Position numbers and translations under genes: made by a program. A DNA stretch of 63,953 bases, the filler included, from Phoronis australis (taxonomy: Eukaryota; Animalia; Phoronida), in assembly GCA_002633005.1 (NCBI GenBank). It is 7 parts of 7 records of this genome, joined end to end, with 100 filler letters (N's around TTAATTAATTAA, not from the genome) between each part and the next. Parts side by side here need not be neighbours in the genome. Positions count along the whole stretch, not along the records: positions 29,849 to 50,310 come from NMRA01000175.1; 6 more parts are not named here. One strand, given 5' to 3'. Under the pieces are notes generated by a model. It was not told where the DNA came from. It did not search any database and saw nothing but the letters and a program-made list of their open reading frames with translations. Positions 35,770 through 47,737 of the stretch are shown piece by piece (within the stretch, counting starts at the first letter, position 1; every line of letters begins with the position of its first letter).

Positions 35770-38700
35770 TGTAAATAATTATTATTTTTTTGAATTTTTG
35801 CATGTTTCTTTATGAGCTGTGCACTAAAGGCACTGAAATCAAGTAAGATATAATAATAAAATTTATTTTGAGGTACTAGAGTCATGTTGTGTACACTTTA
35901 ATGATACTTCAAAAAATGAAGCGTCGTCAATGTAAAATTGTATCTCATGATGAGGAATAGCCGATAAGTTATCCTTCTTATTATAAATAATTATCTCGTA
36001 TTCCTCGATTACGTTGATTATGGTTTTCTTTACCAAGTGAACATAATCCGTATCCGATAATAGGCAGTAATTAAATATCCACAAGCCCCCGCCTATAAAG
36101 AAATTTGTTACTAAGAAAATGAGGCTTACACTTAGATGATCAGTTCTATAACCTGAATAAATGCCAGATGACTCTAACAAACCACACATTTCTTCTGATA
36201 CAAGGACAAAATCTACTCTAGCTTTCTTCACCATGTCAGACCTCTTCCAAGTAATTTGCTTTGCAACAAGGTAATGAAGACGCCAGGGATCTACTAAATT
36301 GAATCCAGAAGATAGATTATTCATTATGTCTCTGACCTCTGGTTTTTGAGGCGCACGTAATATAAACAATTTCAGACCCGTAGCCAGCATTGCGCGGGGG
36401 TTGGTTCGAATTTCTGGTACGGTGGACCTTGATATTTTACAAACGTCAACACTTTAGAGTTTTCGGTAAGGCTCTTGACGCAGTTTCACTAGGAGGAGGG
36501 AAATCTATATACACATCGACGACTCTCAGCTCTATGTTCCCAACAGATCAGACGCAATTCGTAATACCAGAAATGAGGATGCCCTGACAATTGCTCACAA
36601 AGAACGGGACCCAAATTCGGATGTAATGTGGTCCAGAAAGAGAATGTTCCCGCGTTACCCCCTGCCAAACTTTCAAACCGGGCGTGCTTAAATGAGTGAT
36701 TACACCTCATACATACTCGGTCGGAAATATTTAATCGAAGCATGATCCACTTGTCTTTTGAATACGAAAAATGAGTACGGAATGAGATTATTCAAAGATT
36801 AAGAAGTAGGAATATTGATGAATTATCAACTACGATACATTCATCAAATCCATGCAAGGTCGCATCAGTTCACAGCGTGACTGAGCTAGTTTAGGGCTGC
36901 TGCCCCTCAAACTCACCCATCGGAACCACGCGCATGGCCGGGTCGAAACTAAATGTACTTATTAGGCTACACTGTCCCTGCCAGTCTTCACGGAGTCAGA
37001 GAGTACCATTCAGTCGTCTTAAATTTAAAATCGCCGCTATTGGTTGCTGAAGTCTTGACCTGATGTTGTCTCTGCTTCAGACTGAATGAGCTGTTAGTTA
37101 TATTGAAGATTCGCGATTGGCAGTGATTGGAACTGAGCTCATTTGTAAACAATGTAATCAATGTTTTAAGAACTATTCAACTTTGTACGCCCTTTAAATC
37201 GTTACTAAATGGGCACAAATACAATACTTTTCTCATGTCAGTTCCGACTCGTTAGCACACAAGGCAGAGTAATGAACTGTCGGAGTTTTGGTTTCGGAAT
37301 TGTGGACATTCGAAGTAGAGTGAACTTTCGAAGGTAGCGAACCTTCGCAGTAACTTCGGAGTAGTCGACTTTTGGAGTGATGAACATTCGGAATGGTGAC
37401 ATGTAACCTTGGAAATATTTTCCGCCAAGTTTTTTGCTCGTATGATTGACAAGAGAAGACTTTCTTCATTGACCAAAGTTTATATTAGGTCTAGACCTAC
37501 TTTTCCCTAATAATATGAACATGTTCATCGGGGTTTTCATAGTGCAAGAAAATACGGTAGTTCATGTGGGTGCAGCACTTACAAAGGTGAGGCCTATACC
37601 CCCCCTGTGGTGCACCGCCCCCCGGCATAGACCATGGGCGGCGCAGCACCGAAGAAAGTGGGGACAATAGCCCCCAACCCCTTATGTTTCGCCGCCCATG
37701 TAGTTAAATGTCTGATTTTTTAGCAACGACGGAGGACTGCCTATAGTGAATTTAATTATCATAGGCGTAAATGTGTGCACTTTACCGTACTCTGCCACTA
37801 TCAAAATAGCAGTTAAACCTACTTTTTGCTCTATTGTTTCTTGGTCGATTTTAAGACTTTCACACGAAACTACCTTTTGGGAACTCTCTCGCTGCTATAT
37901 ATGGCCTATTAGGTATAGACATTTACTTCTAGACTCCTGTGTTACTATATATATTATCTAGCCACATAGAAAAAACTAGGTTGCCCCCCCAAAGTACTCA
38001 CAAGGATGAACGCTACGAGATCTGGCCCACCGACTATACCCTATGTTGAAGCCACCACGCGCGTTCAATACCGATCATGAATAACATAAAGCCTGCTCTA
38101 ACCGTCATCAGCCACCATTCGGGCGAAGTTGACCGGGTACGGCCCGATAATTACGTGAACTAAATTCAAAATTATTAGTGACTTAGTTATCATTGTAGTT
38201 AGCAGTACCAGCAACTGCAACAATTTTGTTGTTGTTTATCTATATCCCATCTTTAACGGATACGGGTCGGGCTGGACATTTGAATTTTCGATTGAACCCC
38301 CCGAACCCCCCTCCCCCTGGCTACGGGCCTGCAATCAATGTCAAAGTTCTGAACCAAGTTCCAATCCCAGCATAATATGGCATCAGTATCTGTCTCTGAT
38401 AGAATAACTTCAATTGTTTTGTAAAAACTTGGAGTGTCACGATTTGGCCCTCATAATAATGTTAATCAGCGATATTGGCATTTTCTTCTCAATGGTGAAG
38501 CTCACCAATAGAACATTACCATCCGCAACGTGGCTAGCTGAGTTACTTTCGTATTTAAAGTTGTTATTACAAAGAACCAAGATTCCAGAATGCCCACCAC
38601 TCCACAATGCCCGAACAAATACCTAATCGGTACACGTAAAATGGGTGATTTGTTCTCAGTAAATAGAAAAATTATTGTTTATCAAATAAACACGTAACTG

Positions 38701-38825
38701 CTGTTTCGCATTATCTTGGAGACCCCTGCAATTCATCGAGAATATCTTAATGTCATTCACTATCAAACATTACGTGCCAGTGACTATGTTCGATTCTAAA
38801 CAACGCATTCACACAAACACGCACG

Positions 38826-38868
38826 GGCGCGCGCGTGGGCGCGCGCACACACACACACACACACACAC
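38826..38868. repeat. (GC)n/(CA)n microsatellite
   Basis: GGCGCGCGCGTGGGCGCGCGCACACACACA... Confidence 0.9.
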
Positions 38869-38904
38869 CACATAACAAAATCAACAGAGAAATGGAGTCT
38901 TTCC

Positions 38905-40866
38905 AACCATATTCACGCCGACAGGCTCTCTACGATATCTCTGGTGGCTTATCTGCGTAGTTCTACTTCGCGTACGTTGCTCGAACAGCTAGAAAAAATA
39001 CGGACACTCTGTTTTACAATCCCTTAAGACATTGGGATTCGGAAGCGTTGGGTCCTTGCCATACGCCGCGACGAAGGAAAATATGTCCGTGTAAAATTTA
39101 TAACTGTTTTCGAATCATAATTTGTCGCATCTCGGACACAGTGGATGCCCGGCGCCATAGCAACGAGGACCGGAGAATCTTCGGCCAGCCAGGTTGTGTT
39201 TTCATGACTATGGGTTGAAGCGTGATGCATTTTTCTTTACAAAAAGGACAGGACCCTCAATCCCTCAATTTTGGGGCCAAATATCGGGCCTATTCTCCTC
39301 TCAAAACTATTGAAAATCACGCGAAAGTTCCGGCCACGAAGCCTAAAAATTCCCTTTGTGATTGAAAATTTCTCTCCAACGGTTCAACGGTTCAAATCAC
39401 CTGTGACCACAGAGGTGACAATTTGAAAAAAATTCAAAATCATAGGCGGATTTAGGGGGGTCAGGCCCCCCCTTGACTGCCTGCCGCAAGCAAAATAAAG
39501 CAGCAAAAGTGAAGCGGGAGGAAACTTGTGACTGAGTTCGAGGACCGGTAGCGGACGAGGGGGAAAACACGTTCCGTTTTATTTTTTTAGTCCAACGACA
39601 GATTTCCTGAGCAGAAGGTATACATCCTCGGCGCCCGCAACTTCCGGGCCGCCTGCGTGCATACAATCGCGCTTTGCCCGCTTCTCCGAGGATGTCGCCC
39701 CCCCCCCTCACTAGGCCTATATGGTATCCTAGATCAGCCACTGAAAATGCTACTTGAGACAGAGCTATGAGAGCTTGCAAAAGGGCGGGGTGCTATTGAT
39801 GGTGATCGGGAGGTCNNNNNNNNNNNNNNNNNNNNNNNNNNNNNNNNNNNNNNNNNNNNNNNNNNNNNNNNNNNNNNNNNNNNNNNNNNNNNNNNNNNNN
39901 NNNNNNNNNNNNNNNNNNNNNNNNNNNNNNNNNNNNNNNNNNNNNNNNNNNNNNNNNNNNNNNNNNNNNNNNNNNNNNNNNNNNNNNNNNNNNNNNNNNN
40001 NNNNNNNNNNNNNNNNNNNNNNNNNNNNNNNNNNNNNNNNNNNNNNNNNNNNNNNNNNNNNNNNNNNNNNNNNNNNNNNNNNNNNNNNNNNNNNNNNNNN
40101 NNNNNNNNNNNNNNNNNNNNNNNNNNNNNNNNNNNNNNNNNNNNNNNNNNNNNNNNNNNNNNNNNNNNNNNNNNNNNNNNNNNNNNNNNNNNNNNNNNNN
40201 NNNNNNNNNNNNNNNNNNNNNNNNNNNNNNNNNNNNNNNNNNNNNNNNNNNNNNNNNNNNNNNNNNNNNNNNNNNNNNNNNNNNNNNNNNNNNNNNNNNN
40301 NNNNNNNNNNNNNNNNNNNNNNNNNNNNNNNNNNNNNNNNNNNNNNNNNNNNNNNNNNNNNNNNNNNNNNNNNNNNNNNNNNNNNNNNNNNNNNNNNNNN
40401 NNNNNNNNNNNNNNNNNNNNNNNNNNNNNNNNNNNNNNNNNNNNNNNNNNNNNNNNNNNNNNNNNNNNNNNNNNNNNNNNNNNNNNNNNNNNNNNNNNNN
40501 NNNNNNNNNNNNNNNNNNNNNNNNNNNNNNNNNNNNNNNNNNNNNNNNNNNNNNNNNNNNNNNGGGGCTTTTTGTGAACATTTTTGTTCTTTGACTGCGA
40601 ATTTCTTACGAAGTCGCCGTAACAGGACACCGTGAATGGTATTGGGAGAAAGAACAATTCTTCATGGTTTGTTGAACCCCTGTTTTGTGTAAATTTATTG
40701 AGTTTTATGTTTGCTATGGACCCCTGTTTTGTGTAAATTTATTGAGTTTTATGTTTGCTATGGACGGCTGAAGTGAAGCACCCGTGGAATTTCTAGTCGG
40801 GAGTGTCATACCTTGTAGTATTATATGTAGTGTATTGGGGAGGATCAGAAGCTCAGGACGCCTGTG
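38905..40866 (+). mobile_element. Second copy of the THAP-remnant DNA element, with the CACAGG terminus inverted at its right end (spans N gap 39816-40563)
   Basis: ...GIRKRWVLAIRRDEGKYVRV near 39030-39095; shared blocks with 19907-20830; 40663-40866 is the reverse complement of 19749-19906 and ends GACGCCTGTG. Confidence 0.65.
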
Positions 40867-41349
40867 CATTCAGCATGATACCTAATCCGTAACACTACGA
40901 TTGCCGCAATTTGGTCATGTTTACTTTTCATGTTTCGAACCTAGTTTTCCGAAAAAAAACTATATCTTTTCGTCAGACAACTCTTTGGTGCATTGACTTG
41001 TTCTTTAACTGTATTTTTCTACGTCTCTGTGGTTAATTTTTGACACATTTTTTAAGATTTAATATTCAGGTTGGACTCCAAAGACCGGCCATTTACTCAC
41101 GCAATGTAAATTTCCGCGTTGTTTATCGCAGTGAGCCTCGCTTTGGATTTTAATGTCCGCCGCCGCGTGAATAGAGTCACAAATACGGAAGCACGGCAGT
41201 CATTCAAAAGAAGACACGTGGCATTGAGTGGCTTGTTGCCTAAGACTCTGTACGACCTTGGGCTAAAGACTCGTGGTTGGGTGTGACATAAGAGCACAGT
41301 TCTGGTTTGTATAAAATTTCACACTGGCCTATGAACGTTGTACGTAACC

Positions 41350-44300
41350 ATGTCTACCGTTGAGAAAAAAGCAACAATTGCTGAGTTATTGTTGAGTTTT
41401 GCCATTGGTCAGATAGGTGCCGTACTCTATGATTGTGTTATAACCGAGTTGCCTATCCTAGTCCAGAGACTACCCGAATATTGGGACTTACCCGTGATTT
41501 TGTCCTTTGAGTACACTGTAGTTAGCGCGCTTGTGTCGGGAATCGTTTTAGCACTGATGAAGTTAACGACTGTCATTGAGGTTCTTCACAGACACAGACC
41601 GGCGCTGCTGTTAAGTTTGGTGATTCTCCAGGTAATTCTTTTAATTTTAATGACGGCTTTCTGGGACAGCACATCAACAGTTTACGGCAAAAAGTACAGC
41701 ATCGCGTTTCAAATCATCTGGGTTTTGATGCTTTCGGTAATAGCCTTAGACTTTCTATTCGGTCTACCATATGTTGGTACGTTTTCTCCAAGGTGTGTGA
41801 CTGCATTCTACTTTGGAATGAGTTGCAGTGGCACCATCTACGGACTCATCTCGCTTTTGCAAGGCGCCGGTGAATTTGACTGCGTCAATAAAACGCAAAA
41901 TGCAATACAGTCTTCTATGAACTTAAAGACTAGCGAGTCCACTGAAAATCCGAAAGACTGGAATAATAGCTTGGATCTCAAAGACCGGCAAGAAAATGTT
42001 GTTTTTAGACCGCCGTTGTTTACCGTGGAGACCTATTTTGGCATCGTAATAGCCAATTGCTTATGTTGCTGCGCTTTACTTCTCGGCCACGTGGTTTCCC
42101 TTCGTCTGACAAGCGATGAAGCAGAAACCACACAACTCATAATACAGGGTGGTGCGGATGCAAGCAATGGTGAACACTTAGCAGAGACTGACAATCGCAA
42201 GGAGTTGAAATTCATGACTTGTGAAATAGCTAAACAAAAGTTTGAGGAACAAAATGCAGCAAATTCGACTCCAGCAAGGAATGTCGCCAGCAACTGCAGA
42301 GTGAATGCCATTATAGTAATTGTATATGCGTGTTTGTTACGAGGACTTGCTTACGGTGCCGCTCAACCGATGATGACTTATGCAGCGTTGCCGTATGGTA
42401 TCTTAACTTTCGATCTATCTCGGCGGCTTTCTTCTATCGTGGAACCTCTTGGAAGTATTCTGTTCGCCCTTTTCCCCACCCAGTCTATACAGGCATTGTC
42501 TTTGATCTTTGGAACGTACGTGACACTCTGTGTATACGTTTGTGTAGTAGCTATTATGAGCCCTACGCCTCCTTTGGTTTCGACACTACCTGCAATTGGT
42601 GGTGGTTTAGTGGTAAGTATCTTAGTCTAAGGGCCTTTCATACTAACGTCGACGCATCGATGGTTTGGGGAGTTACAGTCAGTATGAACGCTTAACTCCG
42701 GTCCTGGATCGCAGTTAAGAGCTCCAGTTAACATCGCAGTTAATATATAGGTGGATTTAAGACCGCAGCGTCAACGCTGCGCTGCAGTATGAACGCTTAA
42801 CTCCGGTCCAATCGAAGTTATCGCCAGGTGCCACTGTTATCGTCAACAGTTACAGATCTAGAGTGGTGCCGTCACTAAAAACTACTTATTTTTTGCTTTA
42901 ATGATAACCAATCGATTTAAAAATGAGTTTAATGTCATTTAGCACATTTAAATGTTCCAAATTGTCACATTGAAAAAAATCTTAGCGTGCAGTGCTACCT
43001 TGCGATAACTTCGATGACGTCAGCGTCACCAACCCTTTACTTCGATGGTCATTAACTACCGAAGCCAGTATGAACGGTCCAGTTAACTGCGCTGTTTACG
43101 TCGACGCTCCGCTCAGACCGGAGTTAAGTCAATATGAAAGGGCAATTCTTTATAATTTAAAAGCTGGACGATCGCCGCACAAATAAAAAAGTTCATGTTC
43201 AATTCAACGTTTCGTCTTTTCGTTAGACATCATCAGGATCATATTTACAACAATTTAGGACAACAAGTGCCAACATACAGCTCAGGTAACATCCATAGAG
43301 TGAAGTGAGAGATACATAGAATATGGTCAGTAGCTGGTCATCACCATAGCTGCATGGTTACAGAGCTCTGCATGTTATTCAGAGAATCAGTGGCATGCTG
43401 GTTCTGAATGGCCAATGACTCTTTAATGTACAGTAACTCCTTATTGGGTTCTCTGCAGATAATACTAACAGAGTTGGCTTGGTGATTGTAGCTAATACAA
43501 TGCCTATATACGTTACTTTTCTCTGAGGTGTGATGTTCTTTCAACCTGTCACAGAGGCGTCTTTGTGTGAGTCCTATATGGAATTCCTTACAGTTGTCAC
43601 ATTCAACCTCATACACAACATTGCTCTTGTTCAATAAAGGGATGGGTGACCAGTTTACACAGCATACTTTTTATTGGAAAGTTTCCGAAGGGGTTTGAAA
43701 ACAACTATCAGCCTGCTCCAGCAGATGGCGCAGCGATTAGTGGGAATAGTTGAAATGCGTGATTAGTGTCTCTGAAATTGTGAGCCTGATGATGACGTCA
43801 TATGCGTTATCTATGTACCTTTCCGCAGGTGACGCATCGATTAGTAGGAACAGTTGAATTAGTTGATTTTAGTTGAATCCAACTAATCCCAAGTTTTCTC
43901 AACCTGTCCAGCTCTTATCTATTCCACTAACTCTACCATTTGTAGCGCCATCTGAAGTAGTACTGGCATTAGTAGTACTGGAAATAGTTGAATTAGTTGA
44001 AATGCGTGTTTTGTGTCCTTAAGTTTGAGAACCTGTAGCTAATTACTTATTTGTTATCATCCTACCCGCAGGTGGCGCAGCGATTAATAGGAAAAGTTGA
44101 ATTAGTTGAAATTCGTGTTTTACTTGATCTACCTTATTTCATCTACCCGTTATTTAGTGAATTCCCGCCGGTGGCGTAGCGATAAGTGGGAATAGTTGAA
44201 TTAATTGAAATGCGTATTTGGTGTCTCTCAAGTTTTGAGCCTGTTGCTGACGTCATGTACATTGTGTACCAGCCCACAGATAGCACAGCGATTAGTTGGA

Positions 44301-46979
44301 ATAATTGAATTAGTTGAAATGCGTATTTGGCATGTCTCGAGTTGTTAGCCTGTTGCTGCAGGTCATATACGTTCTGTACCAGCCCACAGCTGGCGCAGCG
44401 ATTAACGAGAAAAGTTGAATTAGTTGAAATACGTGTTCTGTGTCTCTCAAATAATTGTGAACCTGTTGCTAACGCCATGTACCTTATTTAACAGCCCACA
44501 GATGGCGTATCGATTAGTGTCAATAGTTGATTTAGTTGAAGTGCCTGTTCTGTGTCTTTCAAGTTGTGAGCCTTTTGGTGACGTCATGTACGTTTTGTCT
44601 GCCTGCAGGTGACGTAGCGTTTCCAGGGTATAATTAAATAGGCTAAAGTGGGTGCTCTGCCTCTTTAAGTTGTCAATTTTCTGCTCACTATTGTGTTTCG
44701 TCTACTTATTCATATGTGGCGCTGAGGTAGCTTGAAGTATTTCAATTTGATTGGAACTTGGCGTTGACTTAATTCTCATTTACCTGTGCATGAAGTCACC
44801 ATTCCATCTTTCTTTGCACTTACATGCTTTAATGCCTCCTATTGCCGGTATTTATAAGAGTACCAGAAAAGGTAACAAAGGGGGCGCTGCAATTAGTTGA
44901 AGTACATCTTTCTATCAGTGGATTAGTAGAGCCCTACGAAAGATTCTGACATGGATATTACCGTGATGTATTTTCTTGGCGATGCAAAAGTCACCCAAAT
45001 GACTTGTATTTTGGTTAAATAAGATTACATTGTTTTTGGAAATAATTGTGTTGAGTATGAGACGAAATTTCTGACTTAGGGGGTCCGAAGTAATTTTAAT
45101 CATCGTTACTTTTTGAAATTTAATATTTCGTATCTTGGTTTTAGTTTACTATTAGTAATGTGCAAAACTTGGGGTCACCAAGCACCCTCAACAGTAACCT
45201 CTGGAAATCTTTACACTTACTAAAAAAACACACACTTCTAAATAAAGCTTGAAAAACCTGCATTCCGTAAAAGAGACGTGCCTCTGGTTTAGCACACACA
45301 GCGCTATAAAATTGGCCTCAGTTTGCAACATACTCTGGCAGTAGAGAAGAGTTTTTTCGTTTTGCAAAGAACTGACATTTCGTTATTCATCTTCAAAACC
45401 ATGCTGAACTAATAAAATGACACGCCGTCACTAAGTCAACTTATAGACAATAACGAGGTACTAGGTCCATTTCACGACCAAAATCACATCTATGTTGACT
45501 GAGCAACACTTTGTGACCAATTTCATAATGGTATGTGTTCTCAATAAAAACTAGGTTTTCTCTCACGGAAGTCGCTTTCAATGACCAAGTTCTTTTGAAA
45601 ACGGAGTTCGTTGTGCGATGTTACCTTTATATTTTAGCGGCTTGAACTATGAACTACAAAATTTGAAAGTTATATTAGAACTGTGTCGAACACGTACATT
45701 TTGTGTTGTGCCTCTCTCGTATTTAGTATGACTTCATTATGAACTTGATGTCGTTTGCTATAACACACCTCAAACTCAACATTTCTCAAATTACGAAGTT
45801 TTTAGTTCTCTGAAATCAAAATAAATGTTCAAATGTTCTAAGAATTAGTCAATATCTTAAAACAACGACTGCTGTGCGGCTTTCTTCGAGCTGTGCCGAA
45901 CTATCCCACGTTTACCTACCCTTTTTGATTTTTCGACGAAATTTGCAATGACATACTGGTTACAAAACTTACCTGGCTGCATAGTCATGGAAAATCGTCT
46001 GTAAAAGGCACATAGGAGAAATTCTTGTCAAAAATATTGAATTCTCGATAGATATTGCTATAAGACTTCGCAAACTGATCCATTTCATGGCAAATAGCAC
46101 ACTCAAGCACTTTTTTGCCACTTCGGCCTTCGGGATAGGGCCTTGCACGTCACAGTCGAACGTCGGTGTTTACCCATAATGTCGCAATATCCGAGAGGCA
46201 CTTTTGTCAAGTCTCACGTTTTTTGCGCCATTGGAGTTTCACATATTCATTGTTTTTGTTGTACTATAAACAAGTTTTTCTCGGCTGCATAATTCTATTC
46301 GTCCTTCCAATGCCCACTAAGTATTAGTGCTGTGTTATGGCTCTGACGGGAGGAAGTTGGATAAACTTAATAAACGTCCACGGGGTGAAAGATGTTTAAT
46401 TTTTAGCTTTCTAGCCATCAGTCAAAGAGGTTGCATCGTCGTCAGCGCAGCTATCGTTATTATCCCCATTGCTTTCGTTGCCGCCGCTTGCATCTTAACT
46501 GACCTATCGCAAGCTCCGTCCCCTTGCGTAACAAACAATAAGTTTTACCCAGCAACATGTTGTTTGTCGGGTAAAATGGCGGCTTGGAAACGAAGGTGTG
46601 TCAATAGTGCTGCGTTCTAAATGGTCAGTTAAGCCGTCACTCAAAATCCTGGCGATAGGTCAATTGGGGTCGTTGTTGCATTGTCATTGGCGCTCCTTCC
46701 GTCAATGTCACCGGCGTTTTGACGTTCCATTCAATATCTCCCAAACGCCACTGCTCTAAGTGTTACTTATTTCATATTTTTCAGGTTTCGTCGTACATTT
46801 TGTTACCCATGATCAGGTGTTACTTACGGACTGCTTTGGCTACCGTCGCTGCTGAACTGGGACAAAACACGTTGAAGTATTTTAGCTTGATCCAAGAGTT
46901 ATCCGTTGTATTACTAGCGATTCCATCATTTGTTTGCATCGGCGTGCTGAAGCTGTTGACCGATATTCCTCAATGTTAG
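41350..46979 (+). CDS. SLC52A3: SLC52 family riboflavin transporter-like membrane protein; exons 41350-42612 and 46785-46979
   Basis: Family motifs ELPILVQRLPEYWDLP, LLQGAG..C, FTVETYF, SPTPPL...GGGLVV|gtaagt. Phase-0 last exon tttcag|VSSYILL...TDIPQC* supplies the final TM helices and terminal Cys. About 11 hydrophobic segments. The symbol is family-level only. Confidence 0.88.
42631..43144. mobile_element. PIF/Harbinger-like MITE in the SLC52 intron
   Basis: Imperfect TIRs GGGCCTTTCATACT / AATATGAAAGGGCA, preceded by TAA; internal repeats CAGTATGAACGCTTAACTCCGGTCC in both orientations. Confidence 0.6.
43201..43240 (-). ncRNA. Minimal hammerhead ribozyme motif associated with a Penelope-like element
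   Basis: Minus strand reads GATC-CTGATGA-T-GTCT-AACGAAA-AGAC-GAAA-CGTT-GAATT: conserved core, 4-bp stem II and palindromic AACGTT for stem III; stem I is weak. Confidence 0.65.
43341..43650 (-). mobile_element. Penelope-like retroelement 3' fragment (GIY-YIG endonuclease)
   Basis: KSNVVYEVECDNCKEFHIGLTQRRLCDRLKEH...SNVYRH...H...LYIKESLAI...SLN matches the PLE GIY-YIG domain; RT part absent. Confidence 0.88.
43715..44625. repeat. Degenerate ~120-bp tandem repeat, about 7 units
   Basis: Recurrent GGTGGCGCAGCGATTA...AATAGTTGAATTAGTTGAAATGCGT...GAGCCTGTTGCTGACGTCAT. Confidence 0.85.
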
Positions 46980-47737
46980 TAGCAGAAATCAGGAACAGCA
47001 TGTTTTCAAACTAGATACTTAAATTGACTCATCATTCCCTTCGGAGGTATAGTCTAGAGATTTCACCCACAGATACCGAGTAGTAAGATTTGAATGACTG
47101 TCCATTTAGTGTTTGTGTCTCTTTTGACCGTGACTCCAACTGAGTTGCGATTTCTGACACACTACGTCTTTTGACACATTGTTTCTCCATTGATACATTA
47201 CGCCAAAATGGTACTGTGGGTTGAGAGTCCTGATAAATTGTCCGTTTTTGCCCACTCCATGGTGTCGCTATCGTGAACAATGTTGACAGCAGTGACATTA
47301 AAGTGGCGTAACCTGATAGAAGTAACATAGGTCAGAAGAGTTGTGGTTTAGTAGGCGTGTTGCACCGACTTAAGATGCGCATGTCCCATGAGCATGATGG
47401 AACTATTTTTGAAAAGGAGCGTCAGATGTATGGATTACGACGTTTTTCTAACACTCCCTTTGGGATTTTAGGAAATGTCGGAACTTGTTATACATGTATG
47501 CCGACTTCATTAGAAATCAATAGACCAACAATAGAAATGCCAGTTCTGGTGAAAGATACAAAAACAGTCGAAATCTTGTTTTGAATTCTGATGTGAAATC
47601 TAATGTCCTCATAACATTAGAATCGGTCACTTGTATTTCTACGTTTTCTTGCTTTTTAAGCGTTGTCTTTGTATGTTGTCTCTTCGAAATCAGTGGATTT
47701 TCAACGAAAATAATTTAGCACGACTTCTTTCTCTTCT

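Larger units (their letters stand above)
34030..36340 (-). mobile_element. Fragmented Tx1/L1-clade LINE ORF2 (AP endonuclease plus start of RT), interrupted by nested insertions
   Basis: 35870-36340 LVDPWRLHY...TWKR...ARVDFVLVS...YRTDHLSV...GLWIFN; ~34580-34610 MKNNKTPGP; 34105-34345 VIPKGKKPRGHLGYWRPISLL. Confidence 0.85.

Noticed and set aside
39734-40657. Long ORFs of 262-307 aa (also 56301-57030)
   Set aside because: Artefacts of translating through N gaps
21820-46979. Bcl-2 + GH3 + riboflavin transporter as a functional gene cluster
   Set aside because: The genes lie on different scaffolds joined by artificial linkers
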